62,910 nucleotides of DNA, taken from a virus (taxonomy: Duplodnaviria > Caudoviricetes). The DNA lies in IMG/VR virus record IMGVR_UViG_3300037522_000055, positions 1-62,910 of that record; one strand, written 5' to 3'. The notes below the pieces were generated by a model. The model was not told where the DNA came from and did no database searches. It was given only the letters and a program-made list of their open reading frames with translations. The stretch's first letter is position 1, and each line of letters opens with the position of its first letter. A program made the translations under genes and the position numbers. Shown piece by piece: positions 27,335-38,542 of the stretch.

Positions 27335-28843
27335 ATGCCAGCCAAAACAAACCGCACCGGATTCCGTGCCGTCCGTGAAACTACTGCTGGGGCGACTCCG
27401 CCGCCGACTAGTGGATGGTTCGACGTCGAGATCAACCAGCCGGCCTCGGTCGGCGCCAGTATCACGACCACCGAGCGAAATCCGATCAACGAGAACCGCG
27501 CGCGCAGCAAAGGCGTAATCACGGATCTCGACTCCAAGTTTGATTGGCAGCAAGACCTGACGATGGAAGCGTTCGAGGAGTTCCTCGAAGCCGCTCTGTT
27601 CTCTACCTACAATCACCCCGGTACGACTGGCGTTGCGTTTTTTCGTCCGACCGCGGCGGTGGACGGCGGTACCGGTGTTGACTCGTTCACGGTCGGCGCC
27701 GACGGCGATCTCGTCGCGAACGAACTCATCGTTACGCGAGGATTCACCAACGACGAGAACAACGGTTTGTTCGTCGTGGCATCTGGATCTACAACGACGT
27801 CAGTCAAAGTGGCGACTGGAACTCTTGTCGCCGAAGCGGGGCCGCCCTCCAACGCGATCTTGGAAGTGTGCGGCGTTCAGGGCGCGACGAGCGACATCGA
27901 GATCGACGGTAACGGCGACATCATTTCGTCAACTCTTGACTTCACAACGCTCGGCCTGAAGAAAGGCCAGATGATTAAAGTCGGCGGCAGCACCGCCGCT
28001 ACGCAGTTTGACACGGCGGCCTACAACGGCTATGCGCGCATTGCGGAGACGCCGACTGCTAACCTGATCGAGCTCGACAAGCGTAGCTGGACGGTCGGCT
28101 CGGCAGACGACGGCGACGGGCAAACCATCCAGCTTATTTACGGGCGATTCATTCACGACGTGGCTGTCACGGACGCGCTGTTCTTGGATCGCACCTACGC
28201 GGGCGAAGTCGCGTTCGACGCGGCGCTACTGCCGGGGCCGGCGGCGCACTACATGTATCCGCTGGGCAACAAGCTGAACAAGATGACGCTCGAGTTCCCG
28301 CTCGCGGACAAGGCCGGTATGAACATGGAGTTCATCGGCACTGATACCGAGGATCCGACCACGTCGCGCCACACCGGTCCTTCGACGTCTCGCGAGCCGT
28401 TGAAGACGGAGGTCGTCAACACGTCCAGCGGTATCGTACGCGAGCGCGTTGCGGAGTTGGACGAGGACGGAATGCTCACCGACATCACGAATTTGTCGCT
28501 GGTCATCAACCAGAACGTGTCGCCGCAGAAGGTTCACGGAACACTCGGCGCCAGCTCGATGAACGAAGGCAACCTACACATCGACGTCTCAATCACTGCA
28601 CTGTTCACGGACGCGACGATCCTCGCCCACGTCCGCGCGAATGAGACGCTAGCGCTCGATGCGATTTATAAGACGCCGAACGAAGGTGGCTTCGGCGTGG
28701 ACCTTCCCGCCGTAACGGTCGGCGACGATCAGCTCGGATTCTCGGAAAACGAGCCCGTCACCTTGGACTCGACCACGAAGGCATTCAAGGACGGCGACCT
28801 GGGATACCAGTGCTCGTTTAGCTTGTTCCCTTACCTGCCGTAA
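27335..28843 (+). CDS. Major tail tube protein
   Basis: Position, size and N-terminal RETTAG motif. Confidence 0.75.
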   Translation: MPAKTNRTGFRAVRETTAGATPPPTSGWFDVEINQPASVGASITTTERNPINENRARSKGVITDLDSKFDWQQDLTMEAFEEFLEAALFSTYNHPGTTGVAFFRPTAAVDGGTGVDSFTVGADGDLVANELIVTRGFTNDENNGLFVVASGSTTTSVKVATGTLVAEAGPPSNAILEVCGVQGATSDIEIDGNGDIISSTLDFTTLGLKKGQMIKVGGSTAATQFDTAAYNGYARIAETPTANLIELDKRSWTVGSADDGDGQTIQLIYGRFIHDVAVTDALFLDRTYAGEVAFDAALLPGPAAHYMYPLGNKLNKMTLEFPLADKAGMNMEFIGTDTEDPTTSRHTGPSTSREPLKTEVVNTSSGIVRERVAELDEDGMLTDITNLSLVINQNVSPQKVHGTLGASSMNEGNLHIDVSITALFTDATILAHVRANETLALDAIYKTPNEGGFGVDLPAVTVGDDQLGFSENEPVTLDSTTKAFKDGDLGYQCSFSLFPYLP

Positions 28844-28878
28844 GGAACGCACACGCCCTTCGGGGCATAGGAGGCATC

Positions 28879-29367
28879 ATGGCGAAATTCGGAAGACTGA
28901 AGCAGCTCGACATCAAGGGTAAGACGACTCCGTTCGCACTACCCGAGGCGCATGTACCGGAGTTCTGCAAAGAAGTCCCGGTCCTGCATCTGGCCCACAT
29001 GGGCCGGTCCAACGAGGACTACTACAACGCCCGCATGGCCATCGCCGCGAACAACATGGCACGCGCGACGAAGACGCGATCTGCGGACGAGGTCGACAAG
29101 GAGTCGATGAAAGAGGCGCTGTCTCTTAACACGGACCGCGAGCTCATCCCCGCGTACGTCATCGTCGGCTGGGATCATCTGTACGACGACGAAGGAAATC
29201 CCGTCACACATAGCCCGAAAGAGGCGAGCGATCTCGTCGCCCAGTTGCCCGACGACATCGTCGATCGCATGAGAACTGTAGCGATGAACGTTGCCAACTA
29301 TCGCAGCACGCCGGTTGTCAGCCCGGCGGGCGAGGCGGCGCTGGAGGGAAACTCACAAACTGGTTAG
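28879..29367 (+). CDS. Tail assembly chaperone (gpG-like)
   Basis: Between tube and tape measure; slippery G-GGA-AAC near the 3' end. Confidence 0.75.
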   Translation: MAKFGRLKQLDIKGKTTPFALPEAHVPEFCKEVPVLHLAHMGRSNEDYYNARMAIAANNMARATKTRSADEVDKESMKEALSLNTDRELIPAYVIVGWDHLYDDEGNPVTHSPKEASDLVAQLPDDIVDRMRTVAMNVANYRSTPVVSPAGEAALEGNSQTG

Positions 29368-29741
29368 AGTGGCAAATCCGCTTTAACCAGGTCGGCTGGA
29401 GTGTCGACGAAGGCTTAAAAAAAGGTCGGCCAGCCCCCGACTGGTACTTGGAGAAGCCGTTACTCACACCGGATATGATCGTGTTCGTACAAGCATTCAA
29501 TGATTTGGATACGACGCGGTCACGTCAGATGTCGCAGGCCGGCGCCCTGGTTGGGCGAATCCCCTGGGACACGATCGATCGCTACGCCGATCATCTGGGG
29601 TTGAACTGCGACAACAAGTTGGTGTTCAACCGCATGATGCGTTCCATGGATTCGATCTACTTGGAGCACGAGAAGGACCGAATCACCAAGGCGTCAAAAA
29701 AGGCGACGCCCTCCGTCCCAGGTGTGAAGAAGTCCAGGTAA
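29346..29741 (+). CDS. Tail chaperone -1 frameshift extension (gpGT-like)
   Basis: -1 frame from GGGAAAC (29346-29352) is open (KLTNWLEWQIRF...) into ORF 29448..29741. Confidence 0.75.
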   Translation, partial: GKLTNWLEWQIRFNQVGWSVDEGLKKGRPAPDWYLEKPLLTPDMIVFVQAFNDLDTTRSRQMSQAGALVGRIPWDTIDRYADHLGLNCDNKLVFNRMMRSMDSIYLEHEKDRITKASKKATPSVPGVKKSR

Positions 29742-29744
29742 CAA

Positions 29745-32144
29745 GTGGCAACGTTTCCTATAAAAATCGTCATTGACCCAGCCGGCGCCGTGCGAGGCGC
29801 CAGCAAGGTCAAGTCCGAGCTCAGCGTCGTTGAAAAAGAAGCGAAGCGAACCTCGGACAGTATCAAGCGCGCGTTTTCCACGCTGGCCGCGGGACTAGGC
29901 GTGCGTGAGGTCATCAAGCTTGCCGACTCGTTCACGCTCTTGCAGAACCAACTGCGGACCGTGACGAAGGACTCGGCGGAGCTTGCGTCGGTTTCAAAAG
30001 AAGTGCGCGCGGTCGCCAACGCCACGCGGTCGTCGGTTGATGTGACGGCACTTGCCTACACCCGATTTTCACGGTCGTTGAAAGAGACGGGCGTCTCCCA
30101 AAAAGAAGTGCTGGCGTTCACGCAGTCGGTGAACCAGGTCATCCAGGAGTCCGGCGCCAGCTCGCAGGAGGCTCGCAACGGACTTATCCAGTTCTCGCAG
30201 GGACTTGCGGCCGGCGCTTTGCGCGGCGACGAGTTCCGTTCCATCACCGAGCAACTTCCGGTCATCCTTGACGTGGTCCAAGAAAAACTGGGGGTCACGC
30301 GCGCCGAGATTACGAAGATGGCGCACGCAGGGCAACTCTCGGGAAAAATTATCTTCGACGCGTTCAAAGAGGCACGCGGCGAAATCGGCGAGCGGTTCGC
30401 CAAGCTAATCCCGACCGTCAGCGGCCAGCTCGAGGTTCTTAGGACCAATTTCGTATTTTTCCTCGGACAGCTTCAACCGCTGTTCACTGGGTTGGGAAAC
30501 GCTGTTCGATTCCTCGCCGACAACATGACGTTGATTGCGACGGTCGTTAGTGTCGCCCTGGTCCCGGCGATGATTCGCTTGGTCGTTGCTACGGCGAGCT
30601 GGATAGCGCTTAAGCTGGCTGAAAGCGTGCTGCTTACGTTCGCCTCCATGGTGCAGTTAAATAATGGGGTTCAGATTGCCGTTGGAGGATTAAAAAAGTT
30701 TGGACAGGGCATTGCTGCCGTTGTAGCCGCGAGCCCAGGACTAAAAGGGCTGGCCGCTGCATTTGGCGCTCATGGTATCGCGGCTGCTATTGTAGCGGCG
30801 GCGGTTGCGTTGATTGCTTTGTTCGTCGCACTAAAAGACGTACGAAAAGAAATGGCCAAAAGTTTCGAGGGGGCACCTAAATCATTCAAGCGAGCGGCTG
30901 AGGTCGCCCCGGTTCTTAGTGCCCAGCTCGCAATAACTAATTCGTTAATGCAGCATCATCAAAGAAGCGTTGATGCGGCGACCGCGGCGACTAACAAGTG
31001 GCGAGATGCGCTACTATCAACTGCCCGCGCTATAGGAGCGCTTCCGACTAGCCGAATCAGTGGAGGCATTCGAGCGTTCATAGACGGTATCCCAGAAGTG
31101 TTGACGGGCATGCGCCAGTGGGACCGAAGTCAAAGGAACCTGAACGACCGCATGGTGTCGTTCGTAGGGATGATGCGCGCCGTGGTTCCCGTCGCGATTG
31201 ACGACTACGTCGATAAGCTGGAGAAGGCGCGGGAAGCGCACAAGAAGTTCCTCGAAGAGTTCAAGGCGTTCCAAGAGACTCACGATCCCGTCACCAAGGC
31301 CATGAACGACTACGACGCGGCGCTGGCGCTTGTCGATCGTGCCGTACGTAAGGGACTTGTAAATCAGGCCCAGGCCAACGAACTCATGCGCGCCGCCGCA
31401 TTCGCAATCGGCGAAACTCTCGAGAAGGCGAAGATGCTGGCGGGCGCGTATGAAGGACTGGCCGGCGTCGGCGAGTTTGCCGACCCATCGCAATTCGTAC
31501 CCACGGCGAACACGGTGGAAGCACAGTTTGCGCGCGACTTCCCCGACCTAGTTCGCCGCGAGCGTGAAGAGCGAAAAGCGCTGTCAAAAGAAAAGCAAGA
31601 GCAGGCTCTGAAGGATATCGAGCTCGCAAAAAACGCCGAAGAGATGAAGAGTCAAGCCATCGAAGCGGAGCGTGCTCGCATACAACTTGCGCAGGAGTTC
31701 ACTAGAGGTTTGGTGGACGCCGCTTTCGATGCGGATAAGTCGTTCAGCGACTTCTTCCACGACTTCTTCCTGAACCTGGCCAAAGCAATTGCTCAGGCGC
31801 TGCTACTCAAAGCGATACTCTCCGCCACAGGCGGTTCACCGGACGGCGCTACCGGTGGTATCGGCGCTCTGTTTGGATTCGCCCACGGCGGCGCGTTCCA
31901 GGTCGGCGGCGCCGGAGGGACTGATTCTCAGGTCGTGGCGTTCCGCGCCACGCCCGGCGAGCACGTAGAAGTCCGCACTCCGTCCCAGCAGATGGACAGG
32001 GGAGGCGGCGGGGGATCGCAGGACGTACGCGTGGTCGTGGTGGATAACAAGAGAGAAGCACAGTTAGAGGTGCTTCGCTCGCGACCGGGTGAACGCGTTA
32101 TCCTGGAAACGATTCGCAGGAATCGAGATGCGTTGGGAATCTAG
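29745..32144 (+). CDS. Tape measure protein
   Basis: LIQFSQGLAAGALRGDEFRSITEQLP tape-measure domain; C-terminal FAHGG motif. Confidence 0.9.
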   Translation: MATFPIKIVIDPAGAVRGASKVKSELSVVEKEAKRTSDSIKRAFSTLAAGLGVREVIKLADSFTLLQNQLRTVTKDSAELASVSKEVRAVANATRSSVDVTALAYTRFSRSLKETGVSQKEVLAFTQSVNQVIQESGASSQEARNGLIQFSQGLAAGALRGDEFRSITEQLPVILDVVQEKLGVTRAEITKMAHAGQLSGKIIFDAFKEARGEIGERFAKLIPTVSGQLEVLRTNFVFFLGQLQPLFTGLGNAVRFLADNMTLIATVVSVALVPAMIRLVVATASWIALKLAESVLLTFASMVQLNNGVQIAVGGLKKFGQGIAAVVAASPGLKGLAAAFGAHGIAAAIVAAAVALIALFVALKDVRKEMAKSFEGAPKSFKRAAEVAPVLSAQLAITNSLMQHHQRSVDAATAATNKWRDALLSTARAIGALPTSRISGGIRAFIDGIPEVLTGMRQWDRSQRNLNDRMVSFVGMMRAVVPVAIDDYVDKLEKAREAHKKFLEEFKAFQETHDPVTKAMNDYDAALALVDRAVRKGLVNQAQANELMRAAAFAIGETLEKAKMLAGAYEGLAGVGEFADPSQFVPTANTVEAQFARDFPDLVRREREERKALSKEKQEQALKDIELAKNAEEMKSQAIEAERARIQLAQEFTRGLVDAAFDADKSFSDFFHDFFLNLAKAIAQALLLKAILSATGGSPDGATGGIGALFGFAHGGAFQVGGAGGTDSQVVAFRATPGEHVEVRTPSQQMDRGGGGGSQDVRVVVVDNKREAQLEVLRSRPGERVILETIRRNRDALGI

Positions 32145-33347
32145 GTGCCTGATCTAATCTACAGACCCGACTTCCCGATCCAGCACGAGGTCTCGTATAA
32201 CACCACGGTCATCGTGGCCGCGAGCGGGCTGGAACAGCGTCGCGCGGAGATCGAGATACCGCGTCAGAGCGTGGAGATGACGCTGTTCTTTACGTCGCTC
32301 AAGGAGATGCGCCGGTACCGAACCTATCTGTTCAACAATCTGAACGATACGTGGCGCACCCCGCTGTGGTGGAAAGGTAATGCGATCACTTCTGAAGTGT
32401 CGTCGTCTGGGCAGACGTGGCCGCTGGATATGACTTATGTCGACATCGCCGTCGGTGATGACGTCTGGATCGAACGAACAACTGACGATACAGGAGAAGT
32501 CTTTACCGTCGATCAGGTGAACGCCGGGGACATTCATACGGACGCAGGTGCGACGGCTAGCTTCCCAGAAGGCTCGCACGTATACAAGCTACAAGACGTC
32601 AAGATTCGAGGCGTACAAAGCCGCCGACTTCGCACCGGGCACGAAACCCTCACGGTTTCGCTAGACTTCGCAACACCAACCGCTCTTGGTGGTACAGGCG
32701 CGAGTATTAGCACGTTCACCCACAGCGCGGATGGCGGCGCTAGAACACTACTCGACAAAATACCGCTAGGCGAGTCGCCTACCGCGTATCGCTTCGACAA
32801 CTTTCACGAACGCGTTGACTATGGTCGGCAGTTCGAACAGTTGACATCCGTCGATCCATCCGCGCAGTTTGAAACGCGGCAGTACGCTATTAACTCTCGC
32901 GCCGAGTTGCAGTACTGGGAGCTGTTCATGGCTACAGTGGTCGGGGCGCGCGAGCCAATTTACACCGCGACGTATCGCGACGATTTGGTGGTTGACACGC
33001 AAGCGAGCGGCCCGGGATGGGCCACTATTCGTGTGACAGACGAGTCTGACGACGTCACCGACTCATTTGATTACGTGGGAGAGTACTTCCCGAACAGTTC
33101 GCATAAACAACTACGGTTCGAGAGTAACAAAGGCGAGCAGTACAAAGAGGTCTCGTCCGCGGTTGACTCGGCAACCGGCTTTAACACGCTGACATTGGCG
33201 ACCGGCCTAACGGCGGACACAGTCATCAGCCAGATTTCTTTTCTCGAGTATTGTCGATGTGAGGACGTATTTAGGTTTTCTCACTACTCGTCTTACTCAA
33301 CAGTCCAACTCGGATTGAAGCTAATCCAGCGGCACCCGGACGAGTAG
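32145..33347 (+). CDS. Distal tail protein-like
   Basis: SGLEQRR motif; directly after tape measure. Confidence 0.6.
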   Translation: MPDLIYRPDFPIQHEVSYNTTVIVAASGLEQRRAEIEIPRQSVEMTLFFTSLKEMRRYRTYLFNNLNDTWRTPLWWKGNAITSEVSSSGQTWPLDMTYVDIAVGDDVWIERTTDDTGEVFTVDQVNAGDIHTDAGATASFPEGSHVYKLQDVKIRGVQSRRLRTGHETLTVSLDFATPTALGGTGASISTFTHSADGGARTLLDKIPLGESPTAYRFDNFHERVDYGRQFEQLTSVDPSAQFETRQYAINSRAELQYWELFMATVVGAREPIYTATYRDDLVVDTQASGPGWATIRVTDESDDVTDSFDYVGEYFPNSSHKQLRFESNKGEQYKEVSSAVDSATGFNTLTLATGLTADTVISQISFLEYCRCEDVFRFSHYSSYSTVQLGLKLIQRHPDE

Positions 33348-34175
33348 ATGTCATTCTCCGCAGATGAAAAGTCCATACACGATGGACAAGGTCGAGAGCT
33401 TTATGATTTCACCTTGCTAGGTGGAGATACGGCCGCCTACTACTACACGGACTACGACGCGGACCTATCAGTTCTCAGCAACAACTACGTATCTGTTCCG
33501 ATTAGTCGAACTCGCGTGGTGGCCGTGGGCACGAACAGTCCTAGCGAGCTCGTCGTTCGCGTGCCGCATAACCTGGGCATCGTTGACGAGTTGATACTCA
33601 AACAACCTCCTAGATCAGTGGAATTGGAGCTGCGGCGATACCACGGGAACATCGCCAACGTATCTATAGTTTGGAAGGGGTTCGTGAACTCGTGCCGCAT
33701 CGTCGGGCGCGAAGCCGAGTTGCGAATCCCCTCGACGATGATGGAGACGCTACAGTCCACAGTACCGTCCGTTAACGCACAGGGCATGTGTAATCACGTA
33801 CTGTACGACGACCGATGCGCTGCGGTACGCGCGTCGTTTACACAGACGACTACTGTTTCGGCGATTGACGGGACGGATGCCCGTATTGTCACTGCGACGA
33901 CGCTATCAGGCGCCGCCGACCAAACATATCGCGGGGGCGAGATCATCAGAACGACAGATGGCGAGCGGCGCCTAATCGTGGATCAGACCGGCGACGTGTT
34001 GACACTGGTTCGCGCGTTTCGAAATCTCTCGGTCTCCGATGCTATTGACGTAGCTCAGGGTTGCGATCACAGAGTCTCGACTTGCAACTCTAAATTCGAC
34101 AATCTAAAAAACTTCGGCGGGATTCCGTATATCCCAGTAGAAAACTTGTTCCGCTTCGGCGTCCCAGGAGTTTAG
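33348..34175 (+). CDS. Baseplate hub protein (DUF2163 / BR0599-like)
   Basis: CNHVLYDDRC and GCDHRVSTCNSKFDNLKNFGGIPYIP. Confidence 0.85.
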   Translation: MSFSADEKSIHDGQGRELYDFTLLGGDTAAYYYTDYDADLSVLSNNYVSVPISRTRVVAVGTNSPSELVVRVPHNLGIVDELILKQPPRSVELELRRYHGNIANVSIVWKGFVNSCRIVGREAELRIPSTMMETLQSTVPSVNAQGMCNHVLYDDRCAAVRASFTQTTTVSAIDGTDARIVTATTLSGAADQTYRGGEIIRTTDGERRLIVDQTGDVLTLVRAFRNLSVSDAIDVAQGCDHRVSTCNSKFDNLKNFGGIPYIPVENLFRFGVPGV

Positions 34176-34176
34176 C

Positions 34177-37100
34177 GTGGACCCAAGTAGCTACATTCAA
34201 GAAGCCGGTATCTGGGCCGCCGTCGCAGTCATGGCGATCTCATGGGGGATTAGCCAGCTATTCAAACCCGACGAAGAGGACGTCAACCAGAAACGCCCCG
34301 AAGTAGACGCCCCGTTGGCCGAAGAAGGCGTTGCCCTCCCTATTTGTTACGGGCGAGTTCGTCTACGTACGCCTCAAGTAATGTGGTGGAGAGGCGGTAT
34401 ACGCGAGCACCTAGTAAACCCGGAGAAGGGAGAGCCGTATCTTCGCGCGTCGCTACAGTTGGGGCTCGGCCTGCACGTGGCGAACAACGACATCAATCGC
34501 ATCTATGTAGGCGACCGCAAGGCGTGGCAGGGGTTCGCGGCGGTGGAGCCACCCGCGGCCGACGAATCCCGCCTACTGTGGGACGACACGGTTGTGCCGC
34601 TCTTCGAGTTGAACACATGGTGGTCTTGGCCCGACGGTATCACACGTCTCGGCCGATACGGTAAAATTAAGTGGTACCCAGGTACGTTCACGCAAGGTCA
34701 AAATGAATTTATAGACTCCAGAATTTTAGACCCCGTCCCGAACTTTCGCGGGATATCCTATCTAATGTTCGAGGAGATGTCACTCGGCCGCGGCTCCACG
34801 CCTCCCCCCATCCACGTCGAGGTCGTTGGCTACCCCGACGCGCTCAACGGTGCCTCTACACGCGAAATCTCTAATCATGCCAACCCGATGGAGATTATTT
34901 ATGATCTCTTAACCAACCCGTGGGGCCGGCTAGGTATTGATACCGCATTAGTTGATACCGCGTCATTTCAAGCAGCGGCTGTGACGCTGCACGGCGAGCT
35001 ATTCGGAGTCAGCGTGTTAGTCGATCGGGCGACGTCCGCGCTATCCGTCATCCGAGAGCTTCTCGACCATGTCGACGGCATTATGTACTTTGACCCGTTC
35101 GACGGGACGCTTCATGTTGGCCTCGTGCGCGAAGACTACACAGTGGGATCTCTTCCTGTGTACGACGATGATCACATGGACATCGAGCACGCCGAGATCG
35201 AGCAAACGACCTGGCAAGACGCGATTGACCAAATTCGTGTGAGCTACGAGGCGCGTCTATCAAACGGAAAAACAACCACGGCCATCGCGCAGAACATGGC
35301 GACGTACTACGGGCGATCTCCTGTCAAGGTACGATCGAAGGACATCAACTATCAATACATAAAAAGCTGGGGGCCGATTTCAAAACTAGCGGCGCGTGAG
35401 CTCGCAGTCGCGTCGACGCCGATAAAGCGCGCGCGGATCCCGTTCAATCGTCAGGTGTTCGATCTTCGTCCCAACGACTTGTTCGTGTGGGATTCGGCCG
35501 GATATGGATTCAGCGGATGGGTCATGCGCGTGGCCAATATTGACTTCGGCGACTCAAACGACGGTCGCATCTGGGTTGACTGCTTCGAGGACCGGTTCGC
35601 GCTCGACAAGCCGGTGTTCGGGGACCCGCTCGAAGTCACGCCGATCACGTTCCCCGACCCGCAGCCGGCCACCGTGCGCCAGACGATCGAGATGCCGCAG
35701 TGGATGGGCTACCGCGCAGAGATCGAGGGCCTCGTCGCCAACCGCGATCACGTTCGGCTGTTCACGCTGGCCCGCCCGCCCGGCGACGATGAAGACCGCT
35801 ACATCCCGCACATCTCCGAGGACGCCGGCACGACCTACATCAAGGACGGCGAGAAGCGGCGCTTCGCGACCCACGCCAAGGTGCAGCTCGCCTACAGCCG
35901 CACGGTCGAGCCGTATGACACCGCGCTGCACCTCCGCATCAAATCACTGAGCGACCCGAACGTTTTGCAGGCGCAGACCGAAGCGCAGATCCGCGCGGGC
36001 GGCAACCTGGTCTTTGTCGCCGCAGCGGCCGGTGATGAGATCGTCTCGTACGAGTCGTTCGACGAACTGGCGATCAACGCAGCGGCTGAGTTTTGGACTT
36101 ACGACGCTAGCGCGGATAACTGGACCGACGACACCACTGACTTCAATGACGCCACTAGTTCGGACTGGGGTCCGGGCGGGGACGTAGACGACTTCGGGGC
36201 GTTCGGGCTGGCGGACAAATTCACCAAGTTGGATCTCGACAATGCCGGCGGCGTGCAGGGCGCGGGCGGAACGGGGACGTGGCAGTACTGGAGCGAGTCG
36301 GGATGGTTGGCCTTGGCGGGCGTGACCGACGGTACGTCCGGGTTCACCGCTGCTAAGGCCGACGGGCAGGTCGTCATGTTCACCGCTCCGTCGGACTGGC
36401 AAAAGACGTCGCTCAATGGTGGTGCGTCGCTGTACTTCGTCCGGTTCCTGATCACGACTCAGTATACGACGCAGCCGATCTACGACCAGGGAACGGTTGG
36501 CGGTGTCTACCGGCTCAAAAACATCTGGCGCGGCAAGCTCGACACGTCCCCGATCAACCTGGCGGTGAACGACGAGCTTTGGTTTGTCGCCGATGACGAC
36601 GTTTGGCTAGAAAACCTCGGGGAGCTCGGGCTCGACGGCGACGAGGCCGCCAAGATCAAGCTGCAAACATACGACGGCGTCGTGGGCATGGACCTCGCCG
36701 ACGACACGGCCGAGGACCTGCAACTCGTGAGTCGCTCGCTACTTCCCTACCCGGTCGACAAACTACTCGTTGCGCCCGAGCCGCCGATCAACGCTTGGGA
36801 CTCCGCCGACGACGCGCTAAACGAGTACCCAGGCGAGACGCTCGAGGGCGACTCGGACCGCTGGATCGTCGGACCCGAGATCCTCCCCTCGTTCCTACGA
36901 CGGCTCCGCATCCAAGAGTCCATCCGTCGCGGTGACGATGCCGACGAGGACCCGGACGAGACCGGCTTAGGGCCGACGTTCGGCGCGACCACCTACGACG
37001 TGGACGTGGACGCGGACGGGGGCGGGTTCGTGAACATCGGCAACGTCGCGGACGACGGAGACCCAGTCAACCTAGAGCCCGTCGCGTTCTCGACCGGGTC

Positions 37101-38121
37101 GTCCGAGGCGCTGCGCGTGCGCACCAAGCGCGCCGACGACGCGGCGGATCGCTACAGCTTCACAAGCCCTGAAGTTAAGATGCGCCTCGCCGAGTATCGG
37201 CAGCTCCTGCCGAACCCGAGCTTCGACGACGCGACGGACGGCCGCGGCTGGACGCTGGTCAGCGGCACGGTCGCCTACGTGGATAGCGCCGATGCGCTCG
37301 GGTTCGACGGGAAATACGTCCACGCGACGACGTCGCTGGCAGTGCTCGAGCGTGTGGTCGATGTGCAAGCGCTTTCCGCGCCCGGCAAAGACGCGCACCT
37401 GATCTTCTATGCTCGCGATTTGAACGCCGCCGGCACCGACAGCGTGCGCGTTAAAATGATCAGCGAGACATCGTCTGGAACACCAACAGTCCCATCCGAC
37501 GACTCGGGCGATTTGACGCCGTCCACCACGCACTGGGATCGTCATGTGTTGTCCATTAATAATCTGCATGCCAGCACGGCTCAGATCCGTATTCGCATCG
37601 AGCTGCAGTTTGCCGCTGGACCCGCGATCGACGGCGCGGTCGACGGCTTCGACTTGCGCATCTGCGGCAACCTGAGCGCCGACCAAGTCACGAACGGTGG
37701 CTTCAACACTGACCTCACGGGCTGGACCGCGCAGGACGTCGCCCGCGTCGACGACGCCGGAGCGAGCGAGGGCGCGGGCTATGTATTCGGCGAGGACGTG
37801 CCCGGCGGAAACATTACCAAGACGATCGCGCTCGCGGGTGGGTTCTCGACGGGTGATGTCATTTGGTTGCGATGCCGGCGCCGAGATGGGGCGAACGAGG
37901 ACACCGGCACGGTGTCCCTGATCGCCAAGGACGCTGGCGGCAACACGCTGCGAACCGCGACCACGGGACCGACCACGACGGGCGATCCCGGGGGTATCTG
38001 GCAAGTGCAGGACCTCTACCTGATCATCCCGAACAACTGCACCCAGTACACGGTGCTTTTCGAGACCGACGGAGACGCGCAGTTCGACGACGTCTCTGTT
38101 CACCTGTTTGATCTTAGCTAA
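34177..38121 (+). CDS. Tail tip / central fibre protein
   Basis: EGVALPICYG, PNFRGISY, ANPMEIIYDLLT; C-terminal carbohydrate-binding-like domains. Confidence 0.85.
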   Translation: MDPSSYIQEAGIWAAVAVMAISWGISQLFKPDEEDVNQKRPEVDAPLAEEGVALPICYGRVRLRTPQVMWWRGGIREHLVNPEKGEPYLRASLQLGLGLHVANNDINRIYVGDRKAWQGFAAVEPPAADESRLLWDDTVVPLFELNTWWSWPDGITRLGRYGKIKWYPGTFTQGQNEFIDSRILDPVPNFRGISYLMFEEMSLGRGSTPPPIHVEVVGYPDALNGASTREISNHANPMEIIYDLLTNPWGRLGIDTALVDTASFQAAAVTLHGELFGVSVLVDRATSALSVIRELLDHVDGIMYFDPFDGTLHVGLVREDYTVGSLPVYDDDHMDIEHAEIEQTTWQDAIDQIRVSYEARLSNGKTTTAIAQNMATYYGRSPVKVRSKDINYQYIKSWGPISKLAARELAVASTPIKRARIPFNRQVFDLRPNDLFVWDSAGYGFSGWVMRVANIDFGDSNDGRIWVDCFEDRFALDKPVFGDPLEVTPITFPDPQPATVRQTIEMPQWMGYRAEIEGLVANRDHVRLFTLARPPGDDEDRYIPHISEDAGTTYIKDGEKRRFATHAKVQLAYSRTVEPYDTALHLRIKSLSDPNVLQAQTEAQIRAGGNLVFVAAAAGDEIVSYESFDELAINAAAEFWTYDASADNWTDDTTDFNDATSSDWGPGGDVDDFGAFGLADKFTKLDLDNAGGVQGAGGTGTWQYWSESGWLALAGVTDGTSGFTAAKADGQVVMFTAPSDWQKTSLNGGASLYFVRFLITTQYTTQPIYDQGTVGGVYRLKNIWRGKLDTSPINLAVNDELWFVADDDVWLENLGELGLDGDEAAKIKLQTYDGVVGMDLADDTAEDLQLVSRSLLPYPVDKLLVAPEPPINAWDSADDALNEYPGETLEGDSDRWIVGPEILPSFLRRLRIQESIRRGDDADEDPDETGLGPTFGATTYDVDVDADGGGFVNIGNVADDGDPVNLEPVAFSTGSSEALRVRTKRADDAADRYSFTSPEVKMRLAEYRQLLPNPSFDDATDGRGWTLVSGTVAYVDSADALGFDGKYVHATTSLAVLERVVDVQALSAPGKDAHLIFYARDLNAAGTDSVRVKMISETSSGTPTVPSDDSGDLTPSTTHWDRHVLSINNLHASTAQIRIRIELQFAAGPAIDGAVDGFDLRICGNLSADQVTNGGFNTDLTGWTAQDVARVDDAGASEGAGYVFGEDVPGGNITKTIALAGGFSTGDVIWLRCRRRDGANEDTGTVSLIAKDAGGNTLRTATTGPTTTGDPGGIWQVQDLYLIIPNNCTQYTVLFETDGDAQFDDVSVHLFDLS

Positions 38122-38299
38122 CCGGATGCACACCATTAAAATAGACACGCTTATCGTCAAAGGAACCGAACGCTACTTTGCTTCGTGCGGAGTGTGCAAC
38201 ATGGCCACTGGCGTTTGTAAAACTGCGGAAGAAGCTAGTCGCCTGATCGGTACCCGGCCGTGCGACGGGAAGAAACCGGGGCCGTGTTAGGCTATTGGA

Positions 38300-38542
38300 A
38301 TGACCGACGAACTGGATCAAGACCGGCCGGCGGACGCCCAATCGGACGAAGACACCGACGAATCGGGCGGCAAGAGACGGAAACGCCTCCTCCGCACTCT
38401 GGGCCGCCCGATCGTCGGGGTCGTTTTAGGCATACTGCTCGGCGCGCTTTGCTCTCGCCTGCCGAGTACGTTTCAGGCGCCATGCGAGGCGCTGTCACAC
38501 ATATTACCGCAAGCATGCGGGATAGGTAGCGAGCATGAATAA
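38300..38542 (+). CDS. Small membrane protein
   Basis: One hydrophobic segment. Confidence 0.5.
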   Translation: MTDELDQDRPADAQSDEDTDESGGKRRKRLLRTLGRPIVGVVLGILLGALCSRLPSTFQAPCEALSHILPQACGIGSEHE

